A DNA stretch of 64,000 bases from an uncultured delta proteobacterium (GTDB taxonomy: Bacteria > Myxococcota_A > Polyangia > Polyangiales > JAFGIB01), in NCBI GenBank assembly GCA_963778655.1, contig CAVZVA010000002.1:637591-701590 (forward strand). The letters run 5' to 3'. The stretch's first letter is position 1. Each line of letters starts with the position of its first letter. The position numbers and the translations under genes were made by a program. Below, one piece after another: positions 51,501 through 62,111 of the stretch. Under the pieces are notes generated by a model, which saw only the letters and a program-made list of their open reading frames with translations, had not been told where the DNA came from and did no database searches.

Positions 51501-52159
51501 AGGCGCGCACCCGCATCGAGGCGCTCGAGCGCTTCAGCCAGCTCGGCGCCGGCTTCCAGGTGGCCTCGCTCGACATGGAGCTGCGCGGCGCGGGCGATCT
51601 GCTCGGCCAGGAGCAGAGCGGCAACCTGGCGGCGGTCGGCTTCGACCTGTTCGTGCGCATGCTGCAGGAGGCGATCGCCGAGCTGCGCGGCGAGACCATC
51701 ACCCACGAGGTCGACCCCGACCTCACGCTCGACGTCGAGCACTACATCCCCGACGACTACGTGCCGGACGTGGGGCTGAGGCTGTCGTTCTACAAGCGGA
51801 TCGCGGCCGCGCCCGACGAGGAGAGCGTGCACGAGCTGGGCGCCGAGCTCGAGGACCGCTTCGGCAAGCCGCCCGAGCCGACGCTACAGCTGTTGCGGGT
51901 GATGGCGCTCAAGCCGGCGCTGCGCGCGCTGCACGTGCTCAGCTGCGACGCCGGCGCCCAGCGCGTCACGCTGTGCTTCCGCGACGACGCCCCGCTCGAG
52001 ACCGCGGCACTGGCGCGCCTGGTGGCACAGCGTCGCGGCTACCAGCTCACCCCGGACGGGCGGCTCTCGTGCCGTTTCGAGCCGGAGCCGGGCGCGGACG
52101 GCGCCAGTCGCACGCGCGAGCTGCTGGGCGAGCTGTTGCCGCTGCGAAAAACGCGCTAA
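48515..52159 (+). CDS. mfd: Transcription-repair coupling factor
   Basis: FAVRGGLIDVF, GDYVVHIEHGVG, ETPDQ, MDRLVCGDVGFGKTEVA, VDEEQRFG, SATPIPRT, QLRGRVGR, DMELRGAGDLLG. Start placed after the terminator. Confidence 0.96.
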   Translation: MSVVPLMQQLAGASADTRALVRALGSEVRLDLATLPRGSLALLLARAAREHGRRMLVVVPDAQSAAKLEADLRFFIGGSADPDGLGPVLHYPAADTTPFVDVAPDQRAAMDRLAVLFHLSAGLPWQMLVVPTGALLRRVPPRDALQRHCSRLAVADIVDRDALIALLIEGGYLRVPLCEDPGTFAVRGGLIDVFPPNAEQPSRLELDDELLASIKRFDPEDQRTLESAQTLSIHPVRDILLGRQELQRARERVSDLCDALNLPTLRRQQLVEDIASGRRFLGVEGFLPAFYPRLQTLFDYLPEGLRHVVVDPIGVAGVLREELEHGSRDRAAKVAAKAPVFALDELYLSQPELTEHLHARPLCVAHRMALLGAPEQEEIDLELAGLAPPEADALLRVAAEDQAPLSAALRAQHMQAGNADPLQPLCARVQHWLDEGLRALLVMRTQVQAERLASLLRGYHIAVEKPQPFAPERLRERPGGKAEVVVGPLEDGFVLPAEALACVTEQEIFGSRQGRHLQPRRRSRDKNRAFVQDLRELALGDYVVHIEHGVGVYRGLSLSELPVTRMEALQGRKPKRVEVLVVEYSGGDKLYLPITRLNQIEKLASKEGAAPKLDRLGGQTFARTKSRVRASVKQLADELLQLYAARASRERAAYPHKDRLYAEFEAGFPYEETPDQLRAIDEVMSDLDGARPMDRLVCGDVGFGKTEVALRAAFRVAMSGRQVAVLCPTTVLAQQHLLTFRQRLSDYPLRVEMLSRFVPKAEQLEVVARLKAGTCDIVIGTHRLLSKDVHFGRLGLLVVDEEQRFGVAHKERIKKLRTEVDVLTLSATPIPRTLHMAIGGLRELSLITTPPPDRRAIRTFVTRWDDHVVREAIQRELGRGGQVFFVHNRIEGLYERAALLQQLVPQANIAVAHGRLREGTLERLMTDFVDGRYDVLASTAIVENGLDIPRANTILIDRADLFGLSQLYQLRGRVGRSRERAYCYLIAPPPSVITDEARTRIEALERFSQLGAGFQVASLDMELRGAGDLLGQEQSGNLAAVGFDLFVRMLQEAIAELRGETITHEVDPDLTLDVEHYIPDDYVPDVGLRLSFYKRIAAAPDEESVHELGAELEDRFGKPPEPTLQLLRVMALKPALRALHVLSCDAGAQRVTLCFRDDAPLETAALARLVAQRRGYQLTPDGRLSCRFEPEPGADGASRTRELLGELLPLRKTR

Positions 52160-52168
52160 AGAGCGGCC

Positions 52169-52805
52169 ATGCCCGATCCCAAGACCACGCTGGCCGCCCT
52201 GTTCGACGCCGACCGCAATGCGCGGCAGCAGGAGAAGCTGCTGCTCGCCGCGCCGCCCGAGAGGCTGCGCGCAACGCTCGCCGGCGCGGTGCGCGAGGCC
52301 GAGAGCCTGGGGGACCGCCAGGAGGCGGGCATGCGGCTCGGGCGCCTGGCCGACCTGTGCGCGCAGGTGGAAGGTCCGGAGATGACGGAACGCGTTGATC
52401 GAAATCCTCGGCGACGAGGCGCCCGGCGTTCGGCTGCAGGCCGCCGAGGCGCTGGTCGACCTGGGTTTCGAGCGCTATGCGGAGCTCGCGCGCGGCGTGG
52501 AGCGTGTGCTCGCGCGCGGCGAGCGCGGCCTCGCTATGCAAGAGCTGCCCTGGGTGCTGTGCGAAATCGCCGAGCCCAGCGCGCGCCCGTTGATCGCGCG
52601 CTTTCTCAAGCTCGACGAGGCCGAGGTGATCGCGTCGGCGGTCGAAGCGCTTGCGGAGCTGGGCGATCCCGACGCCGTGCGCGACCTGCTGCCGCTGCGC
52701 AAGGACCCGCGTCCGATCGAGCTCGACGAGGACGAAGGCAGCGTCAACGCCACGCTCGGCGAGCTGGTGAGCGAGGTGATCGAGTCGCTGCAGGGCGACG
52801 AGTAA
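52169..52805 (+). CDS. HEAT-repeat protein (frameshift near 52391)
   Basis: Removing one A gives EMTDALIEILGDEAPGVRLQAAEAL and joins the 52169 and 52395 ORFs. ASAVEALAELGDP HEAT motif. Confidence 0.78.
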
Positions 52806-52809
52806 CCAC

Positions 52810-54615
52810 GTGCCCGCCGAGGATCAGCCCTCCGGCATCACGCTCTGCGAGCACGGCGCGCGCTGCGGCGGTTGCGCGTGGCTCGGCGTGCCCGAGCCCG
52901 AGCAGCTGGCGGGCAAGCAGCAGGTCGTCCGCGAGGCGCTGGCGCCCTACCCTTGCCTGCGCGCGCTCGCGCTCGAGCCGGTGGCGCCGGGACGCCCGCC
53001 TACCGGCTACCGCACGCGCGCCAAGCTGATGGTGTCGCGCGCAGGCGCGATCGGGTTGTACGCGCGCGGCAGCCACGAGGTGGTCGACATCCCGCACTGC
53101 CGCGTGCTCGGCGCTGAGCTGGCGGCGGTGGTGGACGAGGTGCGCGCGCTGGCACGCCAGCACGAAGGCGCGCTCGCCAGCCTCGACGTACGCGAGGCGC
53201 GCTGCGCGGGCGAGCTCGCGCTGCTGGTCACGCTCGGCGGCGAGCCGGCTGCGCGCGCGCGGCTCGAGGCGCTGGCTCGCGAGGTGGCGGCGCTGCCCCA
53301 CGTAACCGGTGTGGCTGTGAGCGAGCGTGATCCGCGCGCGCCCACGTTCTTCGGCGGGCTGCCGCGGCTCGTGTGCGGCGCGGGCAGCGCGCGCGACAGC
53401 TTGACGCCGCAGGGACCCTACGTCCTCGCGACCCACGGCGGCTTCGTGCAAGCCCATCGCGCCCAGGCCGCGGCGATGGCGTCGCGGGTGACGCGCGCGC
53501 TCGGCGAGGCGCTCGGCACGCTCTCCGGCAGCCGCCTGCTCGAGCTGTATGCGGGCTCGGGCGCGCTCGGCTTGCTGCTGTGCCAGCAGGGCGCGCGCTG
53601 CGTGCTGGTCGAGCAGCTGGAGCCGGCACTGACGCTCGCGCAGCAGGCGGCGGGCGAGCAGGACGTGACGGGAATGCAGGCTCGCGCGGGCGATGCGCTG
53701 CAGATCTGCCGGGCGCTGGCGCACGGCGGCGAGCGCTTCGACGCCGTGATCGTCAACCCGCCACGGCGCGGCTTGCCCGCCGCCCTGCGCGAGCAGATCG
53801 CCGGCCTTTGCCCGCGCGCGCTGGCCTATGTGTCGTGCGAGCCGCGCACGCTGGCGCGCGATCTGGCGCACCTTGCCCAGCTGGGTTACGCGGCTCACGC
53901 GCTCGCACCCTTCGACATGATGCCGCTGACCGACGCGGTCGAGACGCTGGCGCTGCTCTCGCCCGCGCCCCCGCCGCCGATCCCCGTGCTCTACGAGGAC
54001 GAGGAGCTGCTGGCGGTGGACAAACCGCCGCACCTGCCGACCACCCCGCAGGGTGAGGGCGCGGGCTCCCTGCTCGAGCGCGTGCGCGCGCAGCGCGGCC
54101 TGGCCGAGCTCGCCGCGGTCCACCGCCTCGACCGCGGCACCAGCGGGGTGTGCCTGCTGTGCAAGCGGCGCGCGTCCGTGGCCGCCTTCTCGCGCGCGCT
54201 GCAGCTCGGCGGCAAGCACTACACCGCCCTGGCGCGCGGGGTGGCGCGCGAGAAGGGCAGCGTGCGCCGGGCGCTGCGCGAAGCTGGCGCCGTGCGCCCG
54301 GCGCGCACGCGCTACACGCGCCTCGAGCTGCTCGCCGGGCACTCGCTGCTGCACGTGCGCCCAGACGAGGGCCGCACCCATCAAATCCGCCGCCACCTGA
54401 CCGGCATCGGCCACCCGGTGCTGGGCGACGCCCGCCACGGCGACCCTGCCAGCAACCGTCACTTCGAGCACCGCCACGGCCTCGACCGCAGCTTCCTGCA
54501 CCTGACCCGCGTGGAGCTCGCTCACCCCCGCAGCGGGAGCGAGCTGGTGCTGGAATCGGCCCTCGCCCCCGATCTGGCCAGCGTGCTCGCGAGCCTACGC
54601 CAGGATCACGGCTGA
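52810..54615 (+). CDS. Fusion of RlmD/TrmA-type RNA m5U methyltransferase and RluA-type pseudouridine synthase
   Basis: CEHGARCGGC..C Fe-S motif, GFVQ, ELYAGSG, NPPR, YVSC, then VDKP, HRLDRGTSG, GRTHQIR, GHPVLGD. Confidence 0.9.
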   Translation: MPAEDQPSGITLCEHGARCGGCAWLGVPEPEQLAGKQQVVREALAPYPCLRALALEPVAPGRPPTGYRTRAKLMVSRAGAIGLYARGSHEVVDIPHCRVLGAELAAVVDEVRALARQHEGALASLDVREARCAGELALLVTLGGEPAARARLEALAREVAALPHVTGVAVSERDPRAPTFFGGLPRLVCGAGSARDSLTPQGPYVLATHGGFVQAHRAQAAAMASRVTRALGEALGTLSGSRLLELYAGSGALGLLLCQQGARCVLVEQLEPALTLAQQAAGEQDVTGMQARAGDALQICRALAHGGERFDAVIVNPPRRGLPAALREQIAGLCPRALAYVSCEPRTLARDLAHLAQLGYAAHALAPFDMMPLTDAVETLALLSPAPPPPIPVLYEDEELLAVDKPPHLPTTPQGEGAGSLLERVRAQRGLAELAAVHRLDRGTSGVCLLCKRRASVAAFSRALQLGGKHYTALARGVAREKGSVRRALREAGAVRPARTRYTRLELLAGHSLLHVRPDEGRTHQIRRHLTGIGHPVLGDARHGDPASNRHFEHRHGLDRSFLHLTRVELAHPRSGSELVLESALAPDLASVLASLRQDHG

Positions 54616-54881
54616 CCCAGGCGAGCGCGAAGACCAATCGCGCTCGTGGTCGGCAGCGGGCACCGCCGCGCGCAGCAATTGACCCTGTCGGCGTGCCTGT
54701 CGACACCGAAACGGCATGGCTACCGCACGGAGCGCAGAGGGCTTGCGGACCGTCCCGCGTGGGGTCGTTCGGGGGCGGCTCGGAAACCAATCCCCGATGT
54801 GGGATGCGCACGAGCCTTCCAGCTGTCACGCGCCCTGCACATCCGCTATAGACTACGGATGGGACGCTCCCTGAGGGCGGC

Positions 54882-55904
54882 GTGGGCTTGGAAGAAGGTG
54901 GGCGCGTGCGGATCGTTGCAGTAGGCCTTGGATGCGTGGCGTGGTGTGTCTTGTGCTTGGTGACGGCGTGCCAACCTGTAGACGGCGCTAGGCCCCAACA
55001 GTCCTACGTCAGCGCCCCGTCCAGTGGCAGTGGCAGTGGCAGTGGCAGTGGCAGCGGCAGCGGCGGTGACCCGGGTGTCACCGCGGGCGGCGGCGGCAGC
55101 GACCCCGGAGGCAGCGGCGGCGGCGTGCCAGTAGCCGGACAGGACGGCGGCGGAACCCCGGTCGGCGGTACCGGCGGCAGCGGCGGCGTGGCTACCGGCG
55201 GCGTAGGCGGGGGCACCGGCGGCACGACCGGCCCGGACCTGTTCGGTACCGATCCCAACCGCAACGCGGTGATGCCCGGAACCATCTGCGATCGGTTGGC
55301 CACGATCCAGTGCGCGGCGGAGCAAATGTGCTGCACCAGCCCGGGCCGCGACTTCGCGAGCTGCAAGCAAGCCATGAATACCAGCTGCACCGGCGATGCG
55401 ATGGCGGACACGGTCGCGCAGCAGTCGAGCGCCGGCTTCGATCCCGCGCAGGCCAACATCGTGTTCACGCACCTCGAGGATCTGTCGCGTGCCTGCGATC
55501 CCAGCGTGGTCGCCTATGGCGCTTCGCTGCAGGGCCTGCGCACCATATTCAAGGGCACGATCGCGCCGGGTGCGAGCTGCCGCCCGCTGAACCTGCTCGA
55601 CATGACGATGGCGGGCGCGGCGCTAGCGGCGTGCACCATGAGCGACGGCTACGCGTGCCTGCCAGGTGCTGTCAACTGGACGTGCAGCGCGCACGCGAGC
55701 GCCGGTGGTCAATGCTTCAGCGACCTCAACTGCAAGGACGGGCTGTTCTGCGACAACCCGAGCCTGTCGATCAACGGCTCGACCTGCATGCCGCGAAAGG
55801 CCGACGGCGCCTCCTGCGGCCAGGCCAACGAATGCAGCAGCCTGATCTGCACGAGCGGCAAGTGCGTCCCAGCAGACCAGCAGTCCACCTACTGCTTGCA
55901 ATAG
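54882..55904 (+). CDS. Cys-rich lipoprotein with Gly/Ser linker
   Basis: Hydrophobic segment ending LVTAC, (GS)n tract from GGCAGT repeats, paired-Cys C-terminal modules. Start may be a GTG slightly downstream. Confidence 0.75.
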   Translation: MGLEEGGRVRIVAVGLGCVAWCVLCLVTACQPVDGARPQQSYVSAPSSGSGSGSGSGSGSGGDPGVTAGGGGSDPGGSGGGVPVAGQDGGGTPVGGTGGSGGVATGGVGGGTGGTTGPDLFGTDPNRNAVMPGTICDRLATIQCAAEQMCCTSPGRDFASCKQAMNTSCTGDAMADTVAQQSSAGFDPAQANIVFTHLEDLSRACDPSVVAYGASLQGLRTIFKGTIAPGASCRPLNLLDMTMAGAALAACTMSDGYACLPGAVNWTCSAHASAGGQCFSDLNCKDGLFCDNPSLSINGSTCMPRKADGASCGQANECSSLICTSGKCVPADQQSTYCLQ

Positions 55905-55939
55905 CGCGGGCCCGCCTCGCGGGCAGGTCCCGTGAATGC

Positions 55940-55990
55940 AACAGGAAGACGGGAAGAGCAATCCAGATCGCGCCTTCCCACCCTCCCGTG
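55940..55990. repeat. Dispersed inverted repeat, copy F
   Basis: AACAGGAAGACGGGAAG ... CTTCCCACCCTCCCGTG between convergent genes. Confidence 0.7.
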
Positions 55991-56016
55991 TGCTCGTAGG
56001 TCTTCGTGCTGGAGAC

Positions 56017-57120
56017 TCAGCCTCTGCCGAGCACCCGCAGCCTGGCGGCCTTCGCGCGCGAGCGTTCGCGCGCGAGCAGCGCCACGTAATCGAGCTGCAC
56101 CGGGTCCGGCACCTCGGCCACCTGGATGCGCAGGCCTCGCAGCTCCTCGCCGAACGCGCGCAGCACCGGCGTGGCGAAGGCGAACTCGGTGTCGCCCGTG
56201 CCCTCGAGCGCCAGGGCGATGCGCTCGGCGGCGGCGCCGCTGAGCTGGCCGCGCCGCGTCAGCTCGAGGTAGCTCGCGGCCAGCGCGTCGGCGGTGAAGC
56301 TCTGATCGATGATCAGCTCGGCCGCCACCCGCAGCGCCGCGCCCACGTCGATCGCGCCCATCTCGAGCAGCACCAGCGCGGGTTGGAAGTAGTTGTAGAA
56401 GGGACAGACGCGACGGCCGTAGACCTCGAAGGTGTCGAGCGGCGAGATGCGGTCGAGGTGAATGAAGATGCGGCGGCAGTGATCGCGCTTGGGCAGCCGC
56501 GACACCAGCGCGAGCAGCCGCGGGATTTCGTCGGCCGTGACCGCGGCTTGGCGCAGCACCGACAGCAGGGTATCGCCGCCGACGCGGCCCGCGCACAGGT
56601 CCGCGTAGAGCGAGTAGATGAAGGCGTCGGTCTCGGCGTCGTCGCCGAACAGGATCTCGTCGAGCTCGGGCGGCAGCGGCTCGCGTGAGGCGAGCATGGC
56701 CGAGAGCTTGAAGCCGACCTGGTCCTTGAGGAAGCTGAAATGGCCGCGGAGCAGGTTGCGCAGGCTCGGCTTGAGCGTCAGCCCGTCCCAGCGCACGCCG
56801 TCGAGCCGCAGCTTGGCCTCGAGCACGCGCCGCATCTGCTCGGGGCTGCCCGAGAGGATGTAGATGCCCGCCGGCTCGGTCGCGCGCAGCTCGCGTAGCA
56901 GTGCGGCCGCCCCCGGCACCGTGCGCTTGTCGGCGGCGCCCTCGATCGCGCGCCGCAGCAGGTCCCTGAGCGTATCGAACTCGGTGCGGAGATAGGTCTT
57001 GTCGAGGTCCCAGCGGTACACCATGCGACGGCGGTCGAGCGGCGGAGCCTGCTCGGCGGGGAAGGCGCGCGCCCGGCCCGCCTCCGCTTCGCGGGCCAAG
57101 CCGTCGGGGTCCCACGCCAA
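56017..57120 (-). CDS. HAD-fold phosphatase, App1/DUF2183-like
   Basis: WDLDKT (DxDxT), PGAAALL, ILSGSP, LFGDDAETD..IY. Start may be ATG 57024. Confidence 0.75.
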   Translation of the reverse strand: MAWDPDGLAREAEAGRARAFPAEQAPPLDRRRMVYRWDLDKTYLRTEFDTLRDLLRRAIEGAADKRTVPGAAALLRELRATEPAGIYILSGSPEQMRRVLEAKLRLDGVRWDGLTLKPSLRNLLRGHFSFLKDQVGFKLSAMLASREPLPPELDEILFGDDAETDAFIYSLYADLCAGRVGGDTLLSVLRQAAVTADEIPRLLALVSRLPKRDHCRRIFIHLDRISPLDTFEVYGRRVCPFYNYFQPALVLLEMGAIDVGAALRVAAELIIDQSFTADALAASYLELTRRGQLSGAAAERIALALEGTGDTEFAFATPVLRAFGEELRGLRIQVAEVPDPVQLDYVALLARERSRAKAARLRVLGRG

Positions 57121-57317
57121 TCCGAGATCGGGGGGCGCGCCTCGCTCACGGGCGGCCTCGCCTGGAGCGGCTTGCGAACACGAGCGGCCCTGCGGGGCCT
57201 ACGGCCTCGGCTGCCACACCACCAGCGTAGCACGCGGGCTAGCTGCAGCCGGGGTTTGCGCCCTACTGCGCGCGCCACGGCCTTCCGCCGGCTGGCCGCG
57301 CTCGCTATCGTGGCCGC

Positions 57318-58007
57318 GTGCAAGAACCCGCCCGCGCGCCCGCGATTGACGTATTGCTGCTGGCTGCGCACCGGGTGGAGCTGGCCGACTTCGAGCATGC
57401 GCTGGGCCCCGACTTGCGCGGGTGCGTGGGCGGCTTGCAGGTGGCCGCGGCCGAGGTCGGTGTGGGCCTGACCACGGCGGGCGCGGGCGCGGCGCGCGCG
57501 CTGCTCCAGCGGCGACCGCGCGCGGCGATCCTGGTCGGCAGCTACGGCGCCTATGCCACCACGCCCGCACCCTCTGCCGGCAGCCTGCTTGTGCCCGACG
57601 CGCTGCGCGCGCTCGAGCCGGCGGTGCTCGAGGGTAAGGCCGCGTTTCCGCAGCCGATGCCGGTTTCGGTCGCGCTCGAGCCGGCCCTGGTAACGGGCGT
57701 GCGCGGTGCCGGCCGTGGAGTGCTCGGCGGCGTGCTCGGCACCACGCTGGCCATCACCACCGACGACGTCCTGGCAGGCGAGCTGGGCGCGTGCACGGGC
57801 TGCGTGGGCGAGAACCTCGAAGCGCTCGCGGTCGCGCTGGCCTGCGCGGGCGCGGCGGTGCCGTGCGCGGTGGTCGCCGGCTGCACCAACCGCGCGGGCG
57901 CCCAGGGCCGCGGGCAATGGCGGCAACACCACGCGGCCCTCGCGCAAGCGTGCGCGGAGCTCGTGCTGCGCTGGCTAGCAAGCGGCGCCCCTGGGCTGCC
58001 CCCGTAG
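57318..58007 (+). CDS. Nucleoside phosphorylase/hydrolase superfamily protein (MTAN/MqnB-like)
   Basis: VGVG..AG, ILVGSYG, TTLAITTD, ENLEALAVA, TNRAG..W. Confidence 0.65.
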   Translation: MQEPARAPAIDVLLLAAHRVELADFEHALGPDLRGCVGGLQVAAAEVGVGLTTAGAGAARALLQRRPRAAILVGSYGAYATTPAPSAGSLLVPDALRALEPAVLEGKAAFPQPMPVSVALEPALVTGVRGAGRGVLGGVLGTTLAITTDDVLAGELGACTGCVGENLEALAVALACAGAAVPCAVVAGCTNRAGAQGRGQWRQHHAALAQACAELVLRWLASGAPGLPP

Positions 58008-58019
58008 CGGGGAACATGC

Positions 58020-58044
58020 AACAGGCAGGCGGGGAGAGGGGAAG
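58020..58044. repeat. Dispersed repeat, single-arm copy G
   Basis: AACAGGCAGGCGGGGAGAGGGGAAG between convergent genes. Confidence 0.55.
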
Positions 58045-58055
58045 ATCGAATTAGA

Positions 58056-58304
58056 TCACTGGCGCGGCAGGCGGCGGTCGATCGCGTGTGCGAGCTCGGC
58101 GAAGCTCTTGACGCCACGCAGTGCGTAGTCGGGGATCTCCACGTCGAGCTCGAGCTCGAGCTCGCTCAGCAGCTCGAGCACCTGCACGCTGTCGATGCCC
58201 AAGCTTTCGAACACGTCCGCGTCCGGCGACAGGGCGGCCGGGTCGAGCTTGAAGCGACTCGCGGCCAGCGCGATTAGGCGGGGAAGCGTCTCACTGCCAG
58301 GCAT
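58056..58304 (-). CDS. Stand-alone acyl carrier protein
   Basis: LGIDSVQVLEL phosphopantetheine site, VEIPD, about 82 aa, acidic. Confidence 0.85.
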   Translation of the reverse strand: MPGSETLPRLIALAASRFKLDPAALSPDADVFESLGIDSVQVLELLSELELELDVEIPDYALRGVKSFAELAHAIDRRLPRQ

Positions 58305-58529
58305 AGCGCCGGCATGGGAGCAGGACCGCCCCGCGGCGTCAAGCCGGCGCTCCAAGCGAATCCGGGACAGCGCAATCCAGCACGGCCGTGGTTTTCGGCC
58401 GAGAGGCTGCTGGGTGCCGCTGCCCGGCCCCGGGCCCTCGCTTGCCGTAAAGCAGTAGCTTTGCTACGGGTGGGGCCGGGTTCGGCTGGCAGTCGTGCGG
58501 TAGAGGACGTTCAGCGGAGGATTGCGCAA

Positions 58530-59750
<1,221 letters not shown>

Positions 59751-59859
59751 ACGGCAGGGTCTCGCGGCTGGGGTCAGGCGACACCCGACTCGCGCCCACC
59801 TCGGAGCAGACCAAATCTGGTCGGCATTTGACCGCCGGACCGGAGTACAATCGTGGGCG

Positions 59860-60816
59860 GTGCAGGCGCTGCTGCTCAACCGCGGTGAGCTTTCGTTGCT
59901 TGAGGTCGAGCCGCCCCGGCCGGCGCCAGGCGAAGCGCTGGTCCGGGTGGCGATGGCCGGCATCTGCAGCACCGATCTGGAGCTGGCGCAGGGCTACATG
60001 AGCTTCTCGGGCGTGCTCGGCCACGAGCTGTGCGGCGTGGTCGAGGCCTGCGACGAGCCGCGCTGGGTCGGGCGCCGCGTGGCCGGCGAGATCAACCTCG
60101 CCTGCGGCCACTGCGCGCTGTGCTCGCGCGGGCTCGGCCGGCATTGCCCGCAGCGCACGGTGATGGGCATCGCGGGCAAGGACGGTTGCTTCGCCACCCA
60201 CGTGACGCTGCCGCTGCGCAACCTCCACCCGCTGCCGGACGCCATACCCGACGAGATCGCCTGCTTCGTCGAGCCGACCGCGGCTGCCTTCGAGGTGCTC
60301 GAGCAGGTCACGGTGATGTCGCGCGACCAGGTAGCGGTGCTGGGGGACGGCAAGCTCGGGCAGCTGTGCGCCCAAGTGCTCGCCACCAGCGGCTGCGAGC
60401 TCACTCTGGTCGGCCGTCATGTGCGCAAGCTGGAGCTGGCGCGCAAGCGCGGCATCCACGCCTGCGGGCCGGAGGGGTTGCCGCGCAAAGCCTTCGACGT
60501 GGTGGTAGAGGCCACGGGCACCCCCGAGGGTCTGAGCGCGGCGATCGAGCTCACCCGTCCGCGCGGCACGCTGGTGCTCAAGAGCACCCACCACGGCCCG
60601 GTCACGTTCGACGCGGCGCCGATCGTGATCGACGAGCTCAGCGTGGTCGGCTCGCGCTGTGGCCCATTCCCGCTGGCGATCGCCGCGCTCGAGGCCGGCG
60701 TGGTCGATCCGAGCGAGCTGATCGAGGCGGTGCTACCGTTCTCCTGCGCGCTCGAGGCGATCGAGCGCGCGGCGCGGCCCGAGGCGCTCAAGATCCTGCT
60801 CGACATGCGCGGCTGA
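59860..60816 (+). CDS. Zinc-dependent medium-chain dehydrogenase
   Basis: GICSTD, GHE, CGHCALC..C structural Zn site, GDGKLG, GSRCG. Confidence 0.9.
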   Translation: MQALLLNRGELSLLEVEPPRPAPGEALVRVAMAGICSTDLELAQGYMSFSGVLGHELCGVVEACDEPRWVGRRVAGEINLACGHCALCSRGLGRHCPQRTVMGIAGKDGCFATHVTLPLRNLHPLPDAIPDEIACFVEPTAAAFEVLEQVTVMSRDQVAVLGDGKLGQLCAQVLATSGCELTLVGRHVRKLELARKRGIHACGPEGLPRKAFDVVVEATGTPEGLSAAIELTRPRGTLVLKSTHHGPVTFDAAPIVIDELSVVGSRCGPFPLAIAALEAGVVDPSELIEAVLPFSCALEAIERAARPEALKILLDMRG

Positions 60817-60845
60817 CACGGGCGCACGCGCGCACGGAGACGGCG

Positions 60846-61979
60846 ATGGGACCTCTGCAGGGCGTCAAGATCCTGGAAATCGCAGGCATCGGTCCGGCGC
60901 CGTTCGCCGCCATGATGCTCTCGGACATGGGCGCCGAGGTGCTGTGCATCGACCGCGTCTCGCGGCATCGGGCCGCAGGGCCGGGACGGGACGTGCTGCG
61001 GCGCGGGCGGCTCGGCGTGGGCCTCGACCTCAAGCACCCCGAGGGCGCGGCCACGCTGCTCGCGCTGTGCGAGCGCGCCGACGCGCTGATCGAGGGCTTC
61101 CGCCCCGGCGTGATGGAGCGGCTGGGCCTGGGTCCAGAGGCCTGCCTGGCGCGCAACCCGAAGCTGGTCTACGGCCGCATGACCGGCTGGGGTCAGCACG
61201 GCCCACTGGCGCACGCCGCGGGCCACGACATCAACTACATCGCGCTGGCGGGCGCGCTGCACGCGATCGGCCGCGCCGGCGAGAAACCGCTGGCGCCGCT
61301 CAACCTGGTGGGTGATTTCGGCGGCGGCGGCATGCTGCTCGCCTTCGGCGTGGTGTGCGCTTTGCTCGAAGCCGGCCGCTCGGGCCGCGGTCAGGTGGTC
61401 GACGCGGCCATGATCGACGGCGCCTCACTGCTGATGGCGATGTTCCATGGGATGCGGGCGGCGGGCCTGCACGGCGACGAGCGTGGCACCAACCTGCTGG
61501 ACAGCGGCGCCCACTTCTACGAGACCTACGAGACCTCCGACGGCAAGCACGTCGCGCTGGGCGCGATCGAGCCGCAGTTCTACGCCGAGCTGCTGAAGCG
61601 CATCGGGCTCGACCAAGAGCCGCTGCCGCCGCAGATGGATCGCGCGAGCTGGCCGGCGCTCAAGCAGCGGCTGGCGGAGCTGTTCAAGCAGAAGACGCGC
61701 GCGCAGTGGTGCGAGTTGCTCGAAGGCAGCGACGCCTGCTTCGCGCCGGTGCTCAGCCTGAGCGAAGCACCGCAGCACCGGCACATGCAGGAACGCGCCT
61801 CCTTCATCGAGCTCGGCGGCGTGACCCAGCCGGCGCCCGCGCCGCGCTTCAGCCGCAGCACGCCCGCGGCGCCGCGCCCGCCCTCTCAGCCGGGCGCGGA
61901 CACCGACGCGGGCCTGGCGCGCTGGGGGCTGTCCGCCGAGCAAATCGCGGCGTTGCGCGCGGCCGGGGCGATCGGCTAA
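60846..61979 (+). CDS. CaiB/BaiF family III CoA-transferase (AMACR-like)
   Basis: [62 protein letters not shown]. Confidence 0.93.
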   Translation: MGPLQGVKILEIAGIGPAPFAAMMLSDMGAEVLCIDRVSRHRAAGPGRDVLRRGRLGVGLDLKHPEGAATLLALCERADALIEGFRPGVMERLGLGPEACLARNPKLVYGRMTGWGQHGPLAHAAGHDINYIALAGALHAIGRAGEKPLAPLNLVGDFGGGGMLLAFGVVCALLEAGRSGRGQVVDAAMIDGASLLMAMFHGMRAAGLHGDERGTNLLDSGAHFYETYETSDGKHVALGAIEPQFYAELLKRIGLDQEPLPPQMDRASWPALKQRLAELFKQKTRAQWCELLEGSDACFAPVLSLSEAPQHRHMQERASFIELGGVTQPAPAPRFSRSTPAAPRPPSQPGADTDAGLARWGLSAEQIAALRAAGAIG

Positions 61980-62020
61980 GTAGCTGGCTCGTGCCCGCGA
62001 GCGGCGGATCAAGAAGAGCC

Positions 62021-62086
62021 ACGGCAAGACGGGAAGGCTGGAAGCAACGACCCTGTCGTCTTTTCCCGTCTTCCCGACTTCCTGTT
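62021..62086. repeat. Dispersed inverted repeat, copy H
   Basis: ACGGCAAGACGGGAAGGCTGGAAG ... TTCCCGTCTTCCCGACTTCCTGTT. Confidence 0.8.
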
Positions 62087-62111
62087 GAATCCTCCAGAAC
62101 CTGAAGGTCGC

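Noticed and set aside
58056..58304. PKS/NRPS biosynthetic gene cluster around the ACP
   Set aside because: No ketosynthase, adenylation or condensation domains nearby.
59828..59851. TTGACC...TACAAT as a full sigma70 promoter for the Zn-dehydrogenase
   Set aside because: Spacer is only 12 nt. The -10 alone may be real, but the pair is not supportable.
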